Source: an uncultured Sphingomonadales bacterium | Lineage (GTDB): Bacteria > Pseudomonadota > Alphaproteobacteria > Sphingomonadales > Sphingomonadaceae | NCBI GenBank assembly: GCA_937881525.1 | Contig: CALGEE010000070.1 | Span: 1 to 52,510, forward strand | DNA: 52,510 nucleotides | Direction: 5' to 3' | In this document: positions 36,352 through 46,106 of the stretch, in pieces | Position numbering within the stretch: the first letter of the stretch is position 1 | Layout: each line of letters opens with the position of its first letter | Made by a program: the position numbers and the translations under genes | Notes under the pieces: model-generated | What the model saw: the letters and a program-made list of their open reading frames with translations, nothing else | The model's database searches: none | What the model was told of the DNA's origin: nothing

Positions 36352-37697
36352 TCGGTGGTGACCCCAAGCCGGTCCATCTGTTCACGATAAAGCCGCTTCG
36401 TCAACGGCATCATCAACAGCGGTGCAATGGCGAAGATGACCGGCACGGCTGCGACGGCATAGCGCAGATTATCCTCGCCAAAGACGCCGCTGGAAAGCTC
36501 ACCCACCGCGATGGGGCCCAGCGAACCGAACCAGCTGATCGCCAGATAATAGAGCGCCACCACCTGACCGCGAATTTGTGCGGGTGTGATCACCAACAAC
36601 GACGTGACACCGATGGCCGACACAATCCCGATGCCGATTGTGTTGATGCACAGCAACGCAAAGGCCAGCTCTGCAGTCGGCATGAATAGCGGGATTACGC
36701 CCGACGGGATCATGATAAAAAAGCCGATATAGAGGATATGTAGCGAGGCGTCCTTCACACCCTTTTTCGTCCACCAGTCAGAAATCGAACCCATGATCAT
36801 CATGTTGAGCGGTCCGATAAGCAGCAGCGCAATTCCATTCACATAAGCATATTTCTGCGGTGACCATCCCCAAGTACGCTCAAATGTAGGGGCAAGGAAA
36901 CCTTGACTGTAGGCAATAGCTGTCATCGCGCAAATGACTAGGACAAAGCCAATGTAGAGCGCCTTGTTGTCCCAGAGATATCTGAGCGCATCCGTAAAAC
37001 CACTGCCGCTGATTACATCAGAAGAGGCCGCGGCAGGCCGGCGGGCAGGCTCTTTCATGAGCAGGAAGATCAGGGCCAATAGCAGTCCAGGCAGGCCGAC
37101 GATGATCATCGTATAGCGCCAAGGCGAAAGCTCCCCAAAGAATGGCAGCGACTGGTTGCCGCTGGATGCTGTCCATGCGATCACGGCGCCGCTGAGTAGC
37201 GACGCCAGACCTGCGCCAATCGGCAAAGCCGCGGAATAAAAGGCAATGGGCTTGCCGCGTTTCTCTGTCGGGAAGCTATCGCCGATCATGGAGAAAGTGG
37301 CGGGGCTCAGCGTGGCTTCGCCAATGCCCACACCCATGCGTGCGGTGAAGAGCTGCACAAAATTCTTCGCCATACCGGTCGCAACCGTTGCTAAGGACCA
37401 AAGCGCGACCCCGATAGACACAATCCATAGCCGTTTGCCACGATCCACCAGCCAGCCCATGAAGATACCGACAAAGCCGTAGACCAAAGTGAAGGCGCTC
37501 AGTAGCCAGCCGATCGAGCGGTCGGAGAGATCAAATTCCGCCTTTATCGGTTCGATTAAAAGGCCGAGGATGTAACGATCCACAAAGCTGAAAATATAGC
37601 CGACGGTCAACATCACCACTAGGAACCAGCCCGCGGCGGCAGACGGATAGGGTTTGACGGATTCGGCTGCAGCTGCTTGTAGGTCAGTATCGCTCAT
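36348..37697 (-). CDS. MFS transporter (Spinster-like)
   Basis: FSFVDRYILGLLIEPIK, GWLVDRGKR and ARMGVGIGEA motifs. Confidence 0.9.
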   Translation of the reverse strand: MSDTDLQAAAAESVKPYPSAAAGWFLVVMLTVGYIFSFVDRYILGLLIEPIKAEFDLSDRSIGWLLSAFTLVYGFVGIFMGWLVDRGKRLWIVSIGVALWSLATVATGMAKNFVQLFTARMGVGIGEATLSPATFSMIGDSFPTEKRGKPIAFYSAALPIGAGLASLLSGAVIAWTASSGNQSLPFFGELSPWRYTMIIVGLPGLLLALIFLLMKEPARRPAAASSDVISGSGFTDALRYLWDNKALYIGFVLVICAMTAIAYSQGFLAPTFERTWGWSPQKYAYVNGIALLLIGPLNMMIMGSISDWWTKKGVKDASLHILYIGFFIMIPSGVIPLFMPTAELAFALLCINTIGIGIVSAIGVTSLLVITPAQIRGQVVALYYLAISWFGSLGPIAVGELSSGVFGEDNLRYAVAAVPVIFAIAPLLMMPLTKRLYREQMDRLGVTTE

Positions 37698-37723
37698 ACT
37701 TTTCCCTTCCCCTGCCAACGCTG

Positions 37724-38173
37724 CTACTGGGCTTCTGGAATATTGTAGATAACCACCAGATTGTCATCAAAGTCAACAATTCCAATCTCTCGCCCGATGC
37801 GGCCGTCATGGGTTTCAAGGCGGCCTTCTTTATAGACATGCAACCCAAGAGCGCGTGACTTTTCCATCACCATGTCGCAGTCAGCTATGTCCAGCACAAT
37901 GGCGCTGCGGCGGGGATAACCGCTAGGTAGCGGTGCGTTCTTGATTTGGGACAATGCCATCACCCGCGGCTGGTTTGGCAGTGAGAGGATCGCAAAACCC
38001 AGCTCGGCGCCATCGGGAATTTCAAATAGCGGGATCGAATAGCTGTCCGGATTATGGCCCTTTCGGTAGGTCACTTCGAAACCAAGCACGCCTTCATAAA
38101 AGGTCAGCGCGCGGTCGATATCTTCCACGCAGTAATTGGCACGCTGAAATCTGGTCGGTTGTTTCTCTGTCAT
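37724..38173 (-). CDS. VOC/glyoxalase-family protein
   Basis: RANYCVEDIDRALTFYEGVLGF...DFDDNLV. Confidence 0.82.
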   Translation of the reverse strand: MTEKQPTRFQRANYCVEDIDRALTFYEGVLGFEVTYRKGHNPDSYSIPLFEIPDGAELGFAILSLPNQPRVMALSQIKNAPLPSGYPRRSAIVLDIADCDMVMEKSRALGLHVYKEGRLETHDGRIGREIGIVDFDDNLVVIYNIPEAQ

Positions 38174-38182
38174 CTGTTGTCC

Positions 38183-39268
38183 TTAAATCCATTCACTGGG
38201 TTCGCCGCGAACCGAGCCGCATTGCACCCCGACATTCCCGCCGAAATAAAGTTTGGCGAGTGCGCGGGGCATGTTCTGAAAGCCTTGCTCAATGTCCTGC
38301 ACAGGCTTCAGCCTGCCGTCTTTTATCCAGCCCGAAAGGTCATCCATTACCTGATCCCAGACATTGAGATAGTTATAGACGAAGAAGCCGCGCATTGTGC
38401 TTTCGGTGCGGCGCAGGCGGGCATAGTTGGTGAGGCCAAAAGGCTCGCTCCTTGTATATTCGCTGATCGAACCGCACAGCACGATGCGGCTATGCATGCG
38501 GAGCCGTTCGAGGCACGCGGCCAGCGTTTGGCCGCCGACATTGTCGAAATAGAGATCGATGCCATCGGGTCGCAGCGCATCAAGCCGTTCGCTTATGTCC
38601 TCGGCCTTATAGTCAATCGCAGCAGAGCAGCCATGGTCGAGGATGAAGGTGCATTTTGCTGCGCCACCCGCAAGCCCTACAACATCGCAGCCAACGACAT
38701 TGGTTGCTATTTGGCTAACCATCGAACCGACGCCGCCTGCAGCGCCCGAAAGGACCATTAGATCACCAGGCTTTGGATCGCCGCAGGCAAAAAGTCCTGC
38801 ATGGGCGCTCAGGCCCGTCATCCCCAGAACACCGGCGCCTAGAGCAGCGGGTAGGCCGTTGTTCGGCATCCGGATCATTTTCTCCTGATCCGTCATCGCG
38901 CTGACTTTATAGGTTTGCCAGCCAATCTGCCCCTGCACCATCTCACCTTCATGCCAATCGGGGTGTCGCGACACGATCACTTGCGAGACGCCGCGCCCGG
39001 GGATCAGGCCGCCAATTGGCCGCACGCCTTCTCCAGACGGGTCCAATCCAGCCATGTACATCCGCATCAGGGGGGCCAGCCCCAGATAATGGGTTTTCAG
39101 GAGCACCTCGCCTTCACCGGGCTCAGGGATTTCGCTTACGGCCCATTCGTAATCCTCAGGCTGCACATTGCCTTCGGGGCGACGCGCGATGCGCCACTGG
39201 TAATTTGCATCATCGTCAATTTTTAATGTATCGGCAAAGCAATCAAAGGCAGAGAAATCAATCATCAA
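38183..39268 (-). CDS. NADP-dependent alkenal/double-bond reductase (PTGR/CurA-like MDR)
   Basis: ARRPEG, GVLGMTGLSA, SGAAGGVGS, YFDNVGG and CGSISEY motifs. Confidence 0.9.
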   Translation of the reverse strand: MMIDFSAFDCFADTLKIDDDANYQWRIARRPEGNVQPEDYEWAVSEIPEPGEGEVLLKTHYLGLAPLMRMYMAGLDPSGEGVRPIGGLIPGRGVSQVIVSRHPDWHEGEMVQGQIGWQTYKVSAMTDQEKMIRMPNNGLPAALGAGVLGMTGLSAHAGLFACGDPKPGDLMVLSGAAGGVGSMVSQIATNVVGCDVVGLAGGAAKCTFILDHGCSAAIDYKAEDISERLDALRPDGIDLYFDNVGGQTLAACLERLRMHSRIVLCGSISEYTRSEPFGLTNYARLRRTESTMRGFFVYNYLNVWDQVMDDLSGWIKDGRLKPVQDIEQGFQNMPRALAKLYFGGNVGVQCGSVRGEPSEWI

Positions 39269-39738
39269 TCGTGGATTTTCACTACTTCGTTAACTTCAAA
39301 GAAATATCCATCCAGATCCCAGAAGGAGCAGCCGATCATGTCCTTTTTCTTGCCATCGGCGCCGGTCACGGTCCAATTGCGCGGTTCGCAGTGAATGCGC
39401 GATCCTAAAGCGCGGGCGCGTTCGAGGGCAGCCTTCGCGTCATCGGACGCAACCACAAATATCGGTGCGCCAAATTGAATTTCGGCAGGCAATTCTTTGG
39501 GCGCATCTTGCTTCGGCTCGATCCACTCGAGTAGGCCGATCATACCGATCATGTCATCTTCACATTTCAGGATGACCAGCCGCGTCTGATCTCCCTTCTT
39601 GCCTGCCGCCAACTGGGTGCCGGAAAGCGTGAAGGGCGTATCCATCCATGCGGTCATGCCAAAAACCTGTTCGTACCAGTTCTTCGCCTTGTCGCCGTCG
39701 CGGACTATCAGGGTGGTGCGTTTGATAATGTTAGCCAT
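39265..39738 (-). CDS. VOC/glyoxalase-family protein
   Basis: KRTTLIVRDGDKAKNWYEQVFGM...FWDLDGYFFEVN. Confidence 0.82.
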   Translation of the reverse strand: MANIIKRTTLIVRDGDKAKNWYEQVFGMTAWMDTPFTLSGTQLAAGKKGDQTRLVILKCEDDMIGMIGLLEWIEPKQDAPKELPAEIQFGAPIFVVASDDAKAALERARALGSRIHCEPRNWTVTGADGKKKDMIGCSFWDLDGYFFEVNEVVKIHD

Positions 39739-40036
39739 TGATTTTTGCTCCCTCGATTAAAAGCACCTGGCAATCGGCGATGCCCTCGCGAAGTTTTTTA
39801 ACTTCCTGATATTCCGTGCTGTTCCAGAAGGCCTGGGCTGCGCCCTTATCCCGCCATTCGGAGATGACCATCGACGCGCCCGCGCCAAAATCGCCTTCCA
39901 AAAGCTCGGCCCCGGGGCCGCGCAGTACATATTTCCCGCCCATTTTTTCGACCAATGCACCAGCCGCCGCGCCATATCCTTGGATAAATGCGTCGCGGTC
40001 AGATATCTTGGCAGTTACGATCATATACGCTGGCAT
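39731..40036 (-). CDS. DUF1330 family protein
   Basis: MPAYMIV, GGKYVLRG, LEG and FWNSTEYQEVKKLR motifs. Confidence 0.88.
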   Translation of the reverse strand: MPAYMIVTAKISDRDAFIQGYGAAAGALVEKMGGKYVLRGPGAELLEGDFGAGASMVISEWRDKGAAQAFWNSTEYQEVKKLREGIADCQVLLIEGAKING

Positions 40037-40056
40037 AAGGGATTTGCTTCTCTAAT

Positions 40057-40068
40057 TTGTCCGGACAA
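40057..40068. promoter_or_regulatory. Putative GntR operator 5, TTGTCCGGACAA
   Basis: Perfect palindrome about 20 bp upstream of the DUF1330 start. On the minus strand TTGCAA-16 bp-TAAGTT overlaps it. Confidence 0.85.
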
Positions 40069-40097
40069 CTTAGCGTGCTTATGGCGCTTTGCAATGT

Positions 40098-41039
40098 TTA
40101 TTCCGGGTCATTCTCATCCAGAAATGCACGGGTTGTTTGGGCAAGCTTTCCGGTATGAAGGTCAAAGCCGCCATAGGCGATGTCCGCAAAATGGATGATT
40201 TTCGCATTGCCAAATAAAGGCCTGGCAGCTTCGGTCTCGGCTTTCAGGCTGCCGGCCACAGTAATAAGCATAACGGGCTGGCTAAGCAGCGGGATGCGTT
40301 TGTCGCTCTCATACGAGAAAACAGCATGATAGGCTTTCCAGCAATTGGGATAGCATTGCATCGAATCATTGAAATGGTCTTGCGCTCTTGCAAGTGGTAG
40401 GCCCGAAGGCACGGCGATTGACGAGAATTCCCATTTGCTTTTGAGATGCGATCCATCGTCATTGATCGTTTCAGGCACAGCATTGCGTTTATAGGCTTTC
40501 TCTCGCTCTTCGCCGGCATAAAATGGCAGTCCGGGCAGAACGAGCCTGCGCACAAGCTTTGGCTGCTGCACTGCCAGTTCAATCGCAATCAGCGATCCGG
40601 TATGATAACCCAGCACATCAACGGAACTGCCTCGCTCGCCTCTAATTCCCAACGCATCTAGCGCCGCGCTCGCCGACTTTGCATAATCCTGAATGGTAGG
40701 GAGCTCCCCTGGCGCTGCAGAATCGCCATAGCCCGGTGTGTCGATCGCTATCACCATGCGGTCATGAGCCATCAGGCGCATAAATGAATGGAAATAATCA
40801 CCCGAATAGGGAACGGGATGAAACAGGATCAGGGGCGGGCGACTGGACCGTGTGGCTGGCCTGGCAATGCGAACATGGATTTGGCCAAAAGGGCCATCGA
40901 CAAAGTCACGCTCTATTGTTTCCGGCATATTGTGGGAGCCATTGCGGGCCTTTTCCGATGCAAGGGCTGGTGACGCACAAGCAAAAAGAGCAATAATTAC
41001 AGCATGTAGATATGGCAATATCTGTAACAGTCTCATCAT
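40098..41039 (-). CDS. Secreted alpha/beta-hydrolase fold protein (elbow GYHTG)
   Basis: Signal-like IIALFACASPALA-S, plus GQIHVR, FHPVPYSG, IDTPGYGDS and LGYHTGS motifs. Start approximate. Confidence 0.82.
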   Translation of the reverse strand: MMRLLQILPYLHAVIIALFACASPALASEKARNGSHNMPETIERDFVDGPFGQIHVRIARPATRSSRPPLILFHPVPYSGDYFHSFMRLMAHDRMVIAIDTPGYGDSAAPGELPTIQDYAKSASAALDALGIRGERGSSVDVLGYHTGSLIAIELAVQQPKLVRRLVLPGLPFYAGEEREKAYKRNAVPETINDDGSHLKSKWEFSSIAVPSGLPLARAQDHFNDSMQCYPNCWKAYHAVFSYESDKRIPLLSQPVMLITVAGSLKAETEAARPLFGNAKIIHFADIAYGGFDLHTGKLAQTTRAFLDENDPE

Positions 41040-41136
41040 TGGCCTCTGCAATGTCGTAGGGCATGTTGAATCAAAAACGCCAACAGCGTTGCATTTATGT
41101 GACAATAGTTCAATCGAAAGCGGATAAAAGTAATAT

Positions 41137-41148
41137 TTGTCTGGACAA
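41137..41148. promoter_or_regulatory. Putative GntR operator 6, TTGTCTGGACAA
   Basis: ATTTGTCTGGACAAAT in the divergent gap upstream of the TonB-dependent receptor. Confidence 0.8.
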
Positions 41149-41207
41149 ATTATTTTGGCAAGATAAATCTAGCAGTGGTTACAAATTTTGGAGCGGGGGC
41201 TACTGTT

Positions 41208-43718
41208 ATGAAACGTTTTTTGAAAATTTCTTTGATGGCTGCAACGGCGATAACAAGCGCGCCGCTTTGGGCGCAGGAAGCTCCGGCAAATACCGCGGCA
41301 GAAGACGCAGACGTCATCATTGTTACCGCGCGTAAGAAGGAAGAAACGCTTCTTGATGCGCCTTTGGCTGTTACCGTTGTCGGGCAGCGGGAACTGGAAA
41401 GTGCAGGTTTTCAGGATATAACGCAAATCACTAGGGCGGCGCCAGGGGCCTTTGTTGAGCCTAATGGCGATGGCCAAAATGCTGCGCGTATCGATTCGAC
41501 GCCGCGCTTTCGTGGTGTCACCGTCATCAGCAGCAGCCGGTTACAGCAGACAGCGACAGTGTTTTTGGATGGCATTTACATGTCCAGCGGCGCGCAAACC
41601 GTCGGCATCAATGAATTGCAGCGCGTTGAAATCATCAAGGGGCCGCAGTCCGCCCTGTTTGGCCGTAATACGTTTGCAGGTGCGATCAATTATGTCACGA
41701 AGGATCCCAGCGACGAGTGGCGGGTCGATGTGAGTGCGACGGGCGCGACCCGCAATGAGTATAACTTTGCCGCTGGCGTCGAAGGACCTCTTTTCAGTGG
41801 CGTTTCTTTCCGATTGGGCGGTAATTACGATGATAAACAAGGCCACTTTGCCAATGCTGCGGTCCCTGGGCAGCACATAGGCGACCAATCGCAATGGTCA
41901 ATCAACGGAACGCTGATGATTGAGCCCAGTGATGGCATTCGTTTGAAATTGCGCGGTTCCTATCAGGAGATCGATGACGGCGTATCCGCCTCGATTGCAC
42001 ATTTTGGCACTAATCAGCATAATTTCGGTGGGTTCGCGATTGTTAACGGCATCGCCAACCAAGCCGATTCAATTGTCCCTCGTCTACCAGACTCCCTCGC
42101 CTCGTCGGGCCGCGGTGAATCGGTGTTTAAAGGACGGATCACCCAACCCCCCGCCAATCGGATCGGAATGAACACCGCGCCTGCCAATATTAAGACCTTT
42201 ATGGATAAGCTCCGCAGCGATGCTCGCTTGGCGCCTACCGACGCCGTTTACCGGTTTAAATATAACCCGTTCACGCTCGATGATTTCGGTCTCAATCTGT
42301 CTTCGGTGCGGCTGAGCGCGGTCGGTTCGGCCGATCTTAGTGACAATATCCAGCTCAACTTTTTGGCGGGCTATAACCGTGAACAGTTCGGCTTTTTCAA
42401 CGACTATGACGCGACCCCCGATGACAGCTTTATGTCCTGGACAGGCCGCGATACGGAGGATTTGACACTCGAGGGCCGGCTGTCCGCGGCGCTTTTCGAC
42501 GACAAACTGAATGTAGCGGTCGGCGCAAGTTTTGTTAAACTCGACATGGACGACTTATCCGGTACGGCAAGTACCATGGCAAGCACAATTGGCGCTTTTT
42601 TCGCCCCTCCGTATTTCTTTTCAGACATTTTCAGGTCCGATCCATTTGTTACGGGCTCTGAAACAACGGGCTTCTTCGGATCGCTTGATTATGCGTTTAC
42701 CGACCAAATTTCGTTGACGCTTGAAGGTCGTTTCCAAAAAGACGTATACAGCAACTCAAGCGTTTTATTTTCGCCAGGCGAGATCAATAGCTTCATTCCA
42801 CGAGCGACGCTGCGCTATCAGCCATCAAACTACACCACGCTTTATGCGACCTATTCTGAAGGCAACCTGCCGGGCGGCTTCAATTCGGAGGTAGGCGGGT
42901 TAAGCGCCAATGCACTTGCTGAACTGCTTGTATTGGCGCAAGATGCCAGAAGTATTTTTGGCGAGGAGCAACTCATCAACTATGAGTTCGGCTGGAAGCA
43001 GCAGGATCCAAGCGGCATGTTCGGCTTTAATCTTGCCGCGTTCTACATGCAGCGGAAGGATGAAATTTTCAGTTCGATTCAAGTAATAAAAGAAGACCGT
43101 CCGGGCTTTGCCAATCCTACCCGGACAGTCAGTTTCATTTCAAACGGCGCAAGCACGGATATTTATGGTGTGGAACTTGATGCGACTTTCAACATAAGCG
43201 AAAAATTGTCTCTGCAGGGATCATTTGCTTATATTGATGCAAAAATTGCATCATTCCCAGCAAATGGTGGAACCGGAGATTTCGGTGATATTTTTGGTTC
43301 TGGCGTCAGCATCGCAGGGCAAGAGGCACCCCGCTTTCCGCCTTTAACGATGTCACTCGGCACTAACTACGAGGATGATGTAGACGCCTTTGGCGGCCTA
43401 TTTGAAACTTGGTATTTGCGGGGCGACGTGTATTTTACCGGCGACTATTTCGATAGTAACGCCAATGTCGCGAGCGTCCCAGAGGCGACGGAAGTAAATC
43501 TGCGCGTAGGCCTAAGAGGCGAGACTGTAAACGTCGAGTTATTCGCGACAAATTTGTTCGAAACATCTGTGCCGACAACCGCATTCAACTTCGCAGATCT
43601 CAGCTTTGGCACCCGCGCCCGATCAGGTGGGTTCTTCAACTTTGGTCGTGAAGGTGACCGCGTTGGTCTTCGCGACAAGCGGCAATTTGGCCTGAAGGTG
43701 AAATACACCTTTAAATAA
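41208..43718 (+). CDS. TonB-dependent outer-membrane receptor
   Basis: Signal peptide, TonB box IIVTARKKEE, plug RVEIIKGPQSALFGRNTFAGAINYVT, and C-terminal RQFGLKVKYTF(K). Confidence 0.95.
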   Translation: MKRFLKISLMAATAITSAPLWAQEAPANTAAEDADVIIVTARKKEETLLDAPLAVTVVGQRELESAGFQDITQITRAAPGAFVEPNGDGQNAARIDSTPRFRGVTVISSSRLQQTATVFLDGIYMSSGAQTVGINELQRVEIIKGPQSALFGRNTFAGAINYVTKDPSDEWRVDVSATGATRNEYNFAAGVEGPLFSGVSFRLGGNYDDKQGHFANAAVPGQHIGDQSQWSINGTLMIEPSDGIRLKLRGSYQEIDDGVSASIAHFGTNQHNFGGFAIVNGIANQADSIVPRLPDSLASSGRGESVFKGRITQPPANRIGMNTAPANIKTFMDKLRSDARLAPTDAVYRFKYNPFTLDDFGLNLSSVRLSAVGSADLSDNIQLNFLAGYNREQFGFFNDYDATPDDSFMSWTGRDTEDLTLEGRLSAALFDDKLNVAVGASFVKLDMDDLSGTASTMASTIGAFFAPPYFFSDIFRSDPFVTGSETTGFFGSLDYAFTDQISLTLEGRFQKDVYSNSSVLFSPGEINSFIPRATLRYQPSNYTTLYATYSEGNLPGGFNSEVGGLSANALAELLVLAQDARSIFGEEQLINYEFGWKQQDPSGMFGFNLAAFYMQRKDEIFSSIQVIKEDRPGFANPTRTVSFISNGASTDIYGVELDATFNISEKLSLQGSFAYIDAKIASFPANGGTGDFGDIFGSGVSIAGQEAPRFPPLTMSLGTNYEDDVDAFGGLFETWYLRGDVYFTGDYFDSNANVASVPEATEVNLRVGLRGETVNVELFATNLFETSVPTTAFNFADLSFGTRARSGGFFNFGREGDRVGLRDKRQFGLKVKYTFK

Positions 43719-43747
43719 GCAGGTTTTCCTGCCGCAATAGATGAAAA

Positions 43748-43777
43748 GAAAAGGCACCTCACGCGGGGTGCCTTTTC
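43748..43777. terminator. Bidirectional intrinsic terminator
   Basis: GAAAAGGCACCTC-ACGC-GGGGTGCCTTTTC hairpin between two convergent genes. Confidence 0.75.
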
Positions 43778-43819
43778 CTCTGTCGATGGGCTAGACAGCA
43801 GCGATTTGCCAGATACCGC

Positions 43820-45238
43820 CTAGAGCTTTTCAAGGACCATTAGCGCCGCGCGCTCCCCGCTCTCCAGCGCGCCTTCCATACCTGACGCCAACCGTGCCAT
43901 ATGTTCACCAGCAAAATGCAACCTTCGCCCGCGATGCTGTACGGTAGCCGCGAGTGATGCGCCAAGGCCTGTCCCGATGTGATGGTAGATACCGCCCGCA
44001 AAGGGCTGCTTCTGCCAGCTGAAGATATCTAAATATTCTAGCTTTCCCTGCGCTGAGGGCCTGATCCTCTCAATGCGGCGGATCATCTCCTTACCCGCAG
44101 TTGCCGGCTCCATTCTATCAAGCGCTTCTGCTCGCGGACCGTTGAGCCAAACCTTAAGCAGGGGCGGGTCACCATCGAGCGCAAAGACGCGCCCGATCAG
44201 TGGATCGTCAGTCCAGATAGTCTCCGGCAGTCCATCACCCTTCCAGAAGGAGGTACTGGCATGCAGGAAGGCGAAGCTTGCCTTGGTATAAGGCAGGCGC
44301 TCAATGGTGCTTCGGAGTGCCTCGGGCAGATTTGCATCAATAGAGATACCACGCAGCGCCGAAAAGGGTATGGTGCACACCACCTGTTTGGCACGGAGCC
44401 TTTTCCCATTCGCCAGCATGACTTCAACGTCGCCTGCTTGCTCACTTATGGCCTTCACGGGCGCGTTCATCATGATATCTGACCGTAACTCTGCCATCAT
44501 CGCATCGGTCATCCGCTGAGAGCCGCCGCGCACATATTTGGTTGGGCCGGGATTGGCCTGGGCTGCTGCCCCGTATGCCGCCAATGTCCGCTGCATGTGC
44601 AGCGTAGACAGCTCGGCAAGCGTGCGACCATTTAGATTGCTGTCCATCAGCCGGATGGCCTCGTCGGACGCGCCATTCTGCCGGAGCCAATCGGCCAGTG
44701 ACATATCAATGGCCATGCCGCCTGTCATCCAATCCTCTACATTGGCGATTTTCGGAAGCTTTCGAAGCATACTAAAGAACAAGGCGTCCGGCTCAACAGC
44801 CTTTTCGGCGGGGGCAAGCCGGTTTTGCGGATGGGCGGCCCATGCCTCTTTCAAGAAGCTTGCACCGCCAATGCTATATAGATTTCCCGGTTTGGATGAC
44901 GCGGGCAGATAGCGTTCGACTTTCAGCCGGTCTGCGATGCTGTTAAATCGCTGATAGGATGCACCTACCTGGATGCCGCCGGCATCGGGCGCGCCGGGCA
45001 AGCGATCAAGCGTATGAACCCGACCACCTATTCGATTATTTCCTTCGATCAACAGAACCTTAAAACCGGCATTTCCCAGAAGCGCTGTTGCATGAAGCCC
45101 TGCCAGTCCAGCTCCAATGACAATGACATCGGCATCAGTGCTGGATAGTCTGCGTGGAGCAGCCCCGATGAGCAACGATGCGCTTAATCCTCCGATAACA
45201 GCGAGCCGTCCAATTGCAGGCATATTAACTTTGTTCAT
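43820..45238 (-). CDS. Flavin monoamine oxidase / amino-acid oxidase family, probably exported
   Basis: VIVIGAGLAGL, EGNNRIGGRV and HFAGEH...GMEGALESGERAA motifs, with a hydrophobic N-terminus. Start approximate. Confidence 0.9.
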   Translation of the reverse strand: MNKVNMPAIGRLAVIGGLSASLLIGAAPRRLSSTDADVIVIGAGLAGLHATALLGNAGFKVLLIEGNNRIGGRVHTLDRLPGAPDAGGIQVGASYQRFNSIADRLKVERYLPASSKPGNLYSIGGASFLKEAWAAHPQNRLAPAEKAVEPDALFFSMLRKLPKIANVEDWMTGGMAIDMSLADWLRQNGASDEAIRLMDSNLNGRTLAELSTLHMQRTLAAYGAAAQANPGPTKYVRGGSQRMTDAMMAELRSDIMMNAPVKAISEQAGDVEVMLANGKRLRAKQVVCTIPFSALRGISIDANLPEALRSTIERLPYTKASFAFLHASTSFWKGDGLPETIWTDDPLIGRVFALDGDPPLLKVWLNGPRAEALDRMEPATAGKEMIRRIERIRPSAQGKLEYLDIFSWQKQPFAGGIYHHIGTGLGASLAATVQHRGRRLHFAGEHMARLASGMEGALESGERAALMVLEKL

Positions 45239-45281
45239 AAGGCAATGTTGACAACAGTATGACCATAGAGGCAAGTAAAAT

Positions 45282-45293
45282 TTGTCCGGACAA
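45282..45293. promoter_or_regulatory. Putative GntR operator 7, TTGTCCGGACAA
   Basis: Perfect palindrome preceded by TAAAAT, between the amine oxidase and the pseudogene 5' fragment. Confidence 0.85.
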
Positions 45294-45304
45294 TCGAATT
45301 AGCG

Positions 45305-45472
45305 TTGGGCATTTTTAGAAACGGGTCAGTAGCCATGCTGTTGCTCGTCTGCAGTAATTTATTGTCAGCCAAAGACGTGGAGCCTGACGGGATGGCAATC
45401 CTTGCCATGGCTCGTGCGGCAGCGGGGGGAGAAACATGAGCCGGCGCTGAGACGCTTGTGCTGTCTGGCCAT
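45305..45472 (+). pseudogene. 5' remnant of a secreted protein gene (split by the cop cassette)
   Basis: Reads (L)GIFRNGSVAMLLLVCSNLLSA-KDVEPDGMAILAMARAAAGGET*AGAETLVLSGH. It has a signal peptide and a TGA at 45437 at a likely Trp position. Confidence 0.6.
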
Positions 45473-45542
45473 GGGCGCAAAGCAGAACGGCCGCAAATAA
45501 TCTGGCCTTTGGGGATGACTATGTTCGCTAAACTCTTCGCAA

Positions 45543-46067
45543 TTATTTGCTCTTAATGTTTGCTGACGACCAGTGAATATGAATTATGCGCCACTGCCCT
45601 TCGGTTTTGCGTAGCACCATTGTTTCAACCGACCGACTGTTTACCGGACGATCCCGAAAGGTTCCCTTTACGACTTCAACGCTCATAACGGATGAGAAGT
45701 TTCCGTCGGAAGCGATCGTTTGGCTGATGGGCGTTCTAGTTGTTGCGGCACTGAAAGCCGCGTCGGAATTCAGATGGTGCGCTTCATACTCGGCCCGATT
45801 TCGTTCGACCCCACCGGACTCGAAAATGACGACATCGTCTGCCATCAGAATGAGCGCTGCTTTGGTGTCGCCACGCTTCAGCGCAGCATGGAACGCATTT
45901 ACAACTTCGGTTGCGGTATCGGCAGCATCTGATTGGAGCGACTGGTTAGCCACCGATGACATCGCATTGGCATCGGCATCGGCATGAATGGCTGCCAACA
46001 ATAAAGGCGTTACCGCTAATCCCAAAAGGCGTGCTGTTCGCACAACGGCACCATGCTGGATTTTCAT
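45543..46067 (-). CDS. Secreted NTF2/SnoaL-like (DUF4440) protein of cop operons
   Basis: Signal peptide, VNAFHAALKRGD, FESGGVE, YEAHHL and WRIIHIHWSS. Confidence 0.8.
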   Translation of the reverse strand: MKIQHGAVVRTARLLGLAVTPLLLAAIHADADANAMSSVANQSLQSDAADTATEVVNAFHAALKRGDTKAALILMADDVVIFESGGVERNRAEYEAHHLNSDAAFSAATTRTPISQTIASDGNFSSVMSVEVVKGTFRDRPVNSRSVETMVLRKTEGQWRIIHIHWSSANIKSK

Positions 46068-46106
46068 AACCTTATACCCCTCGTTAGTGAACTTAAATGG
46101 CCGTTT

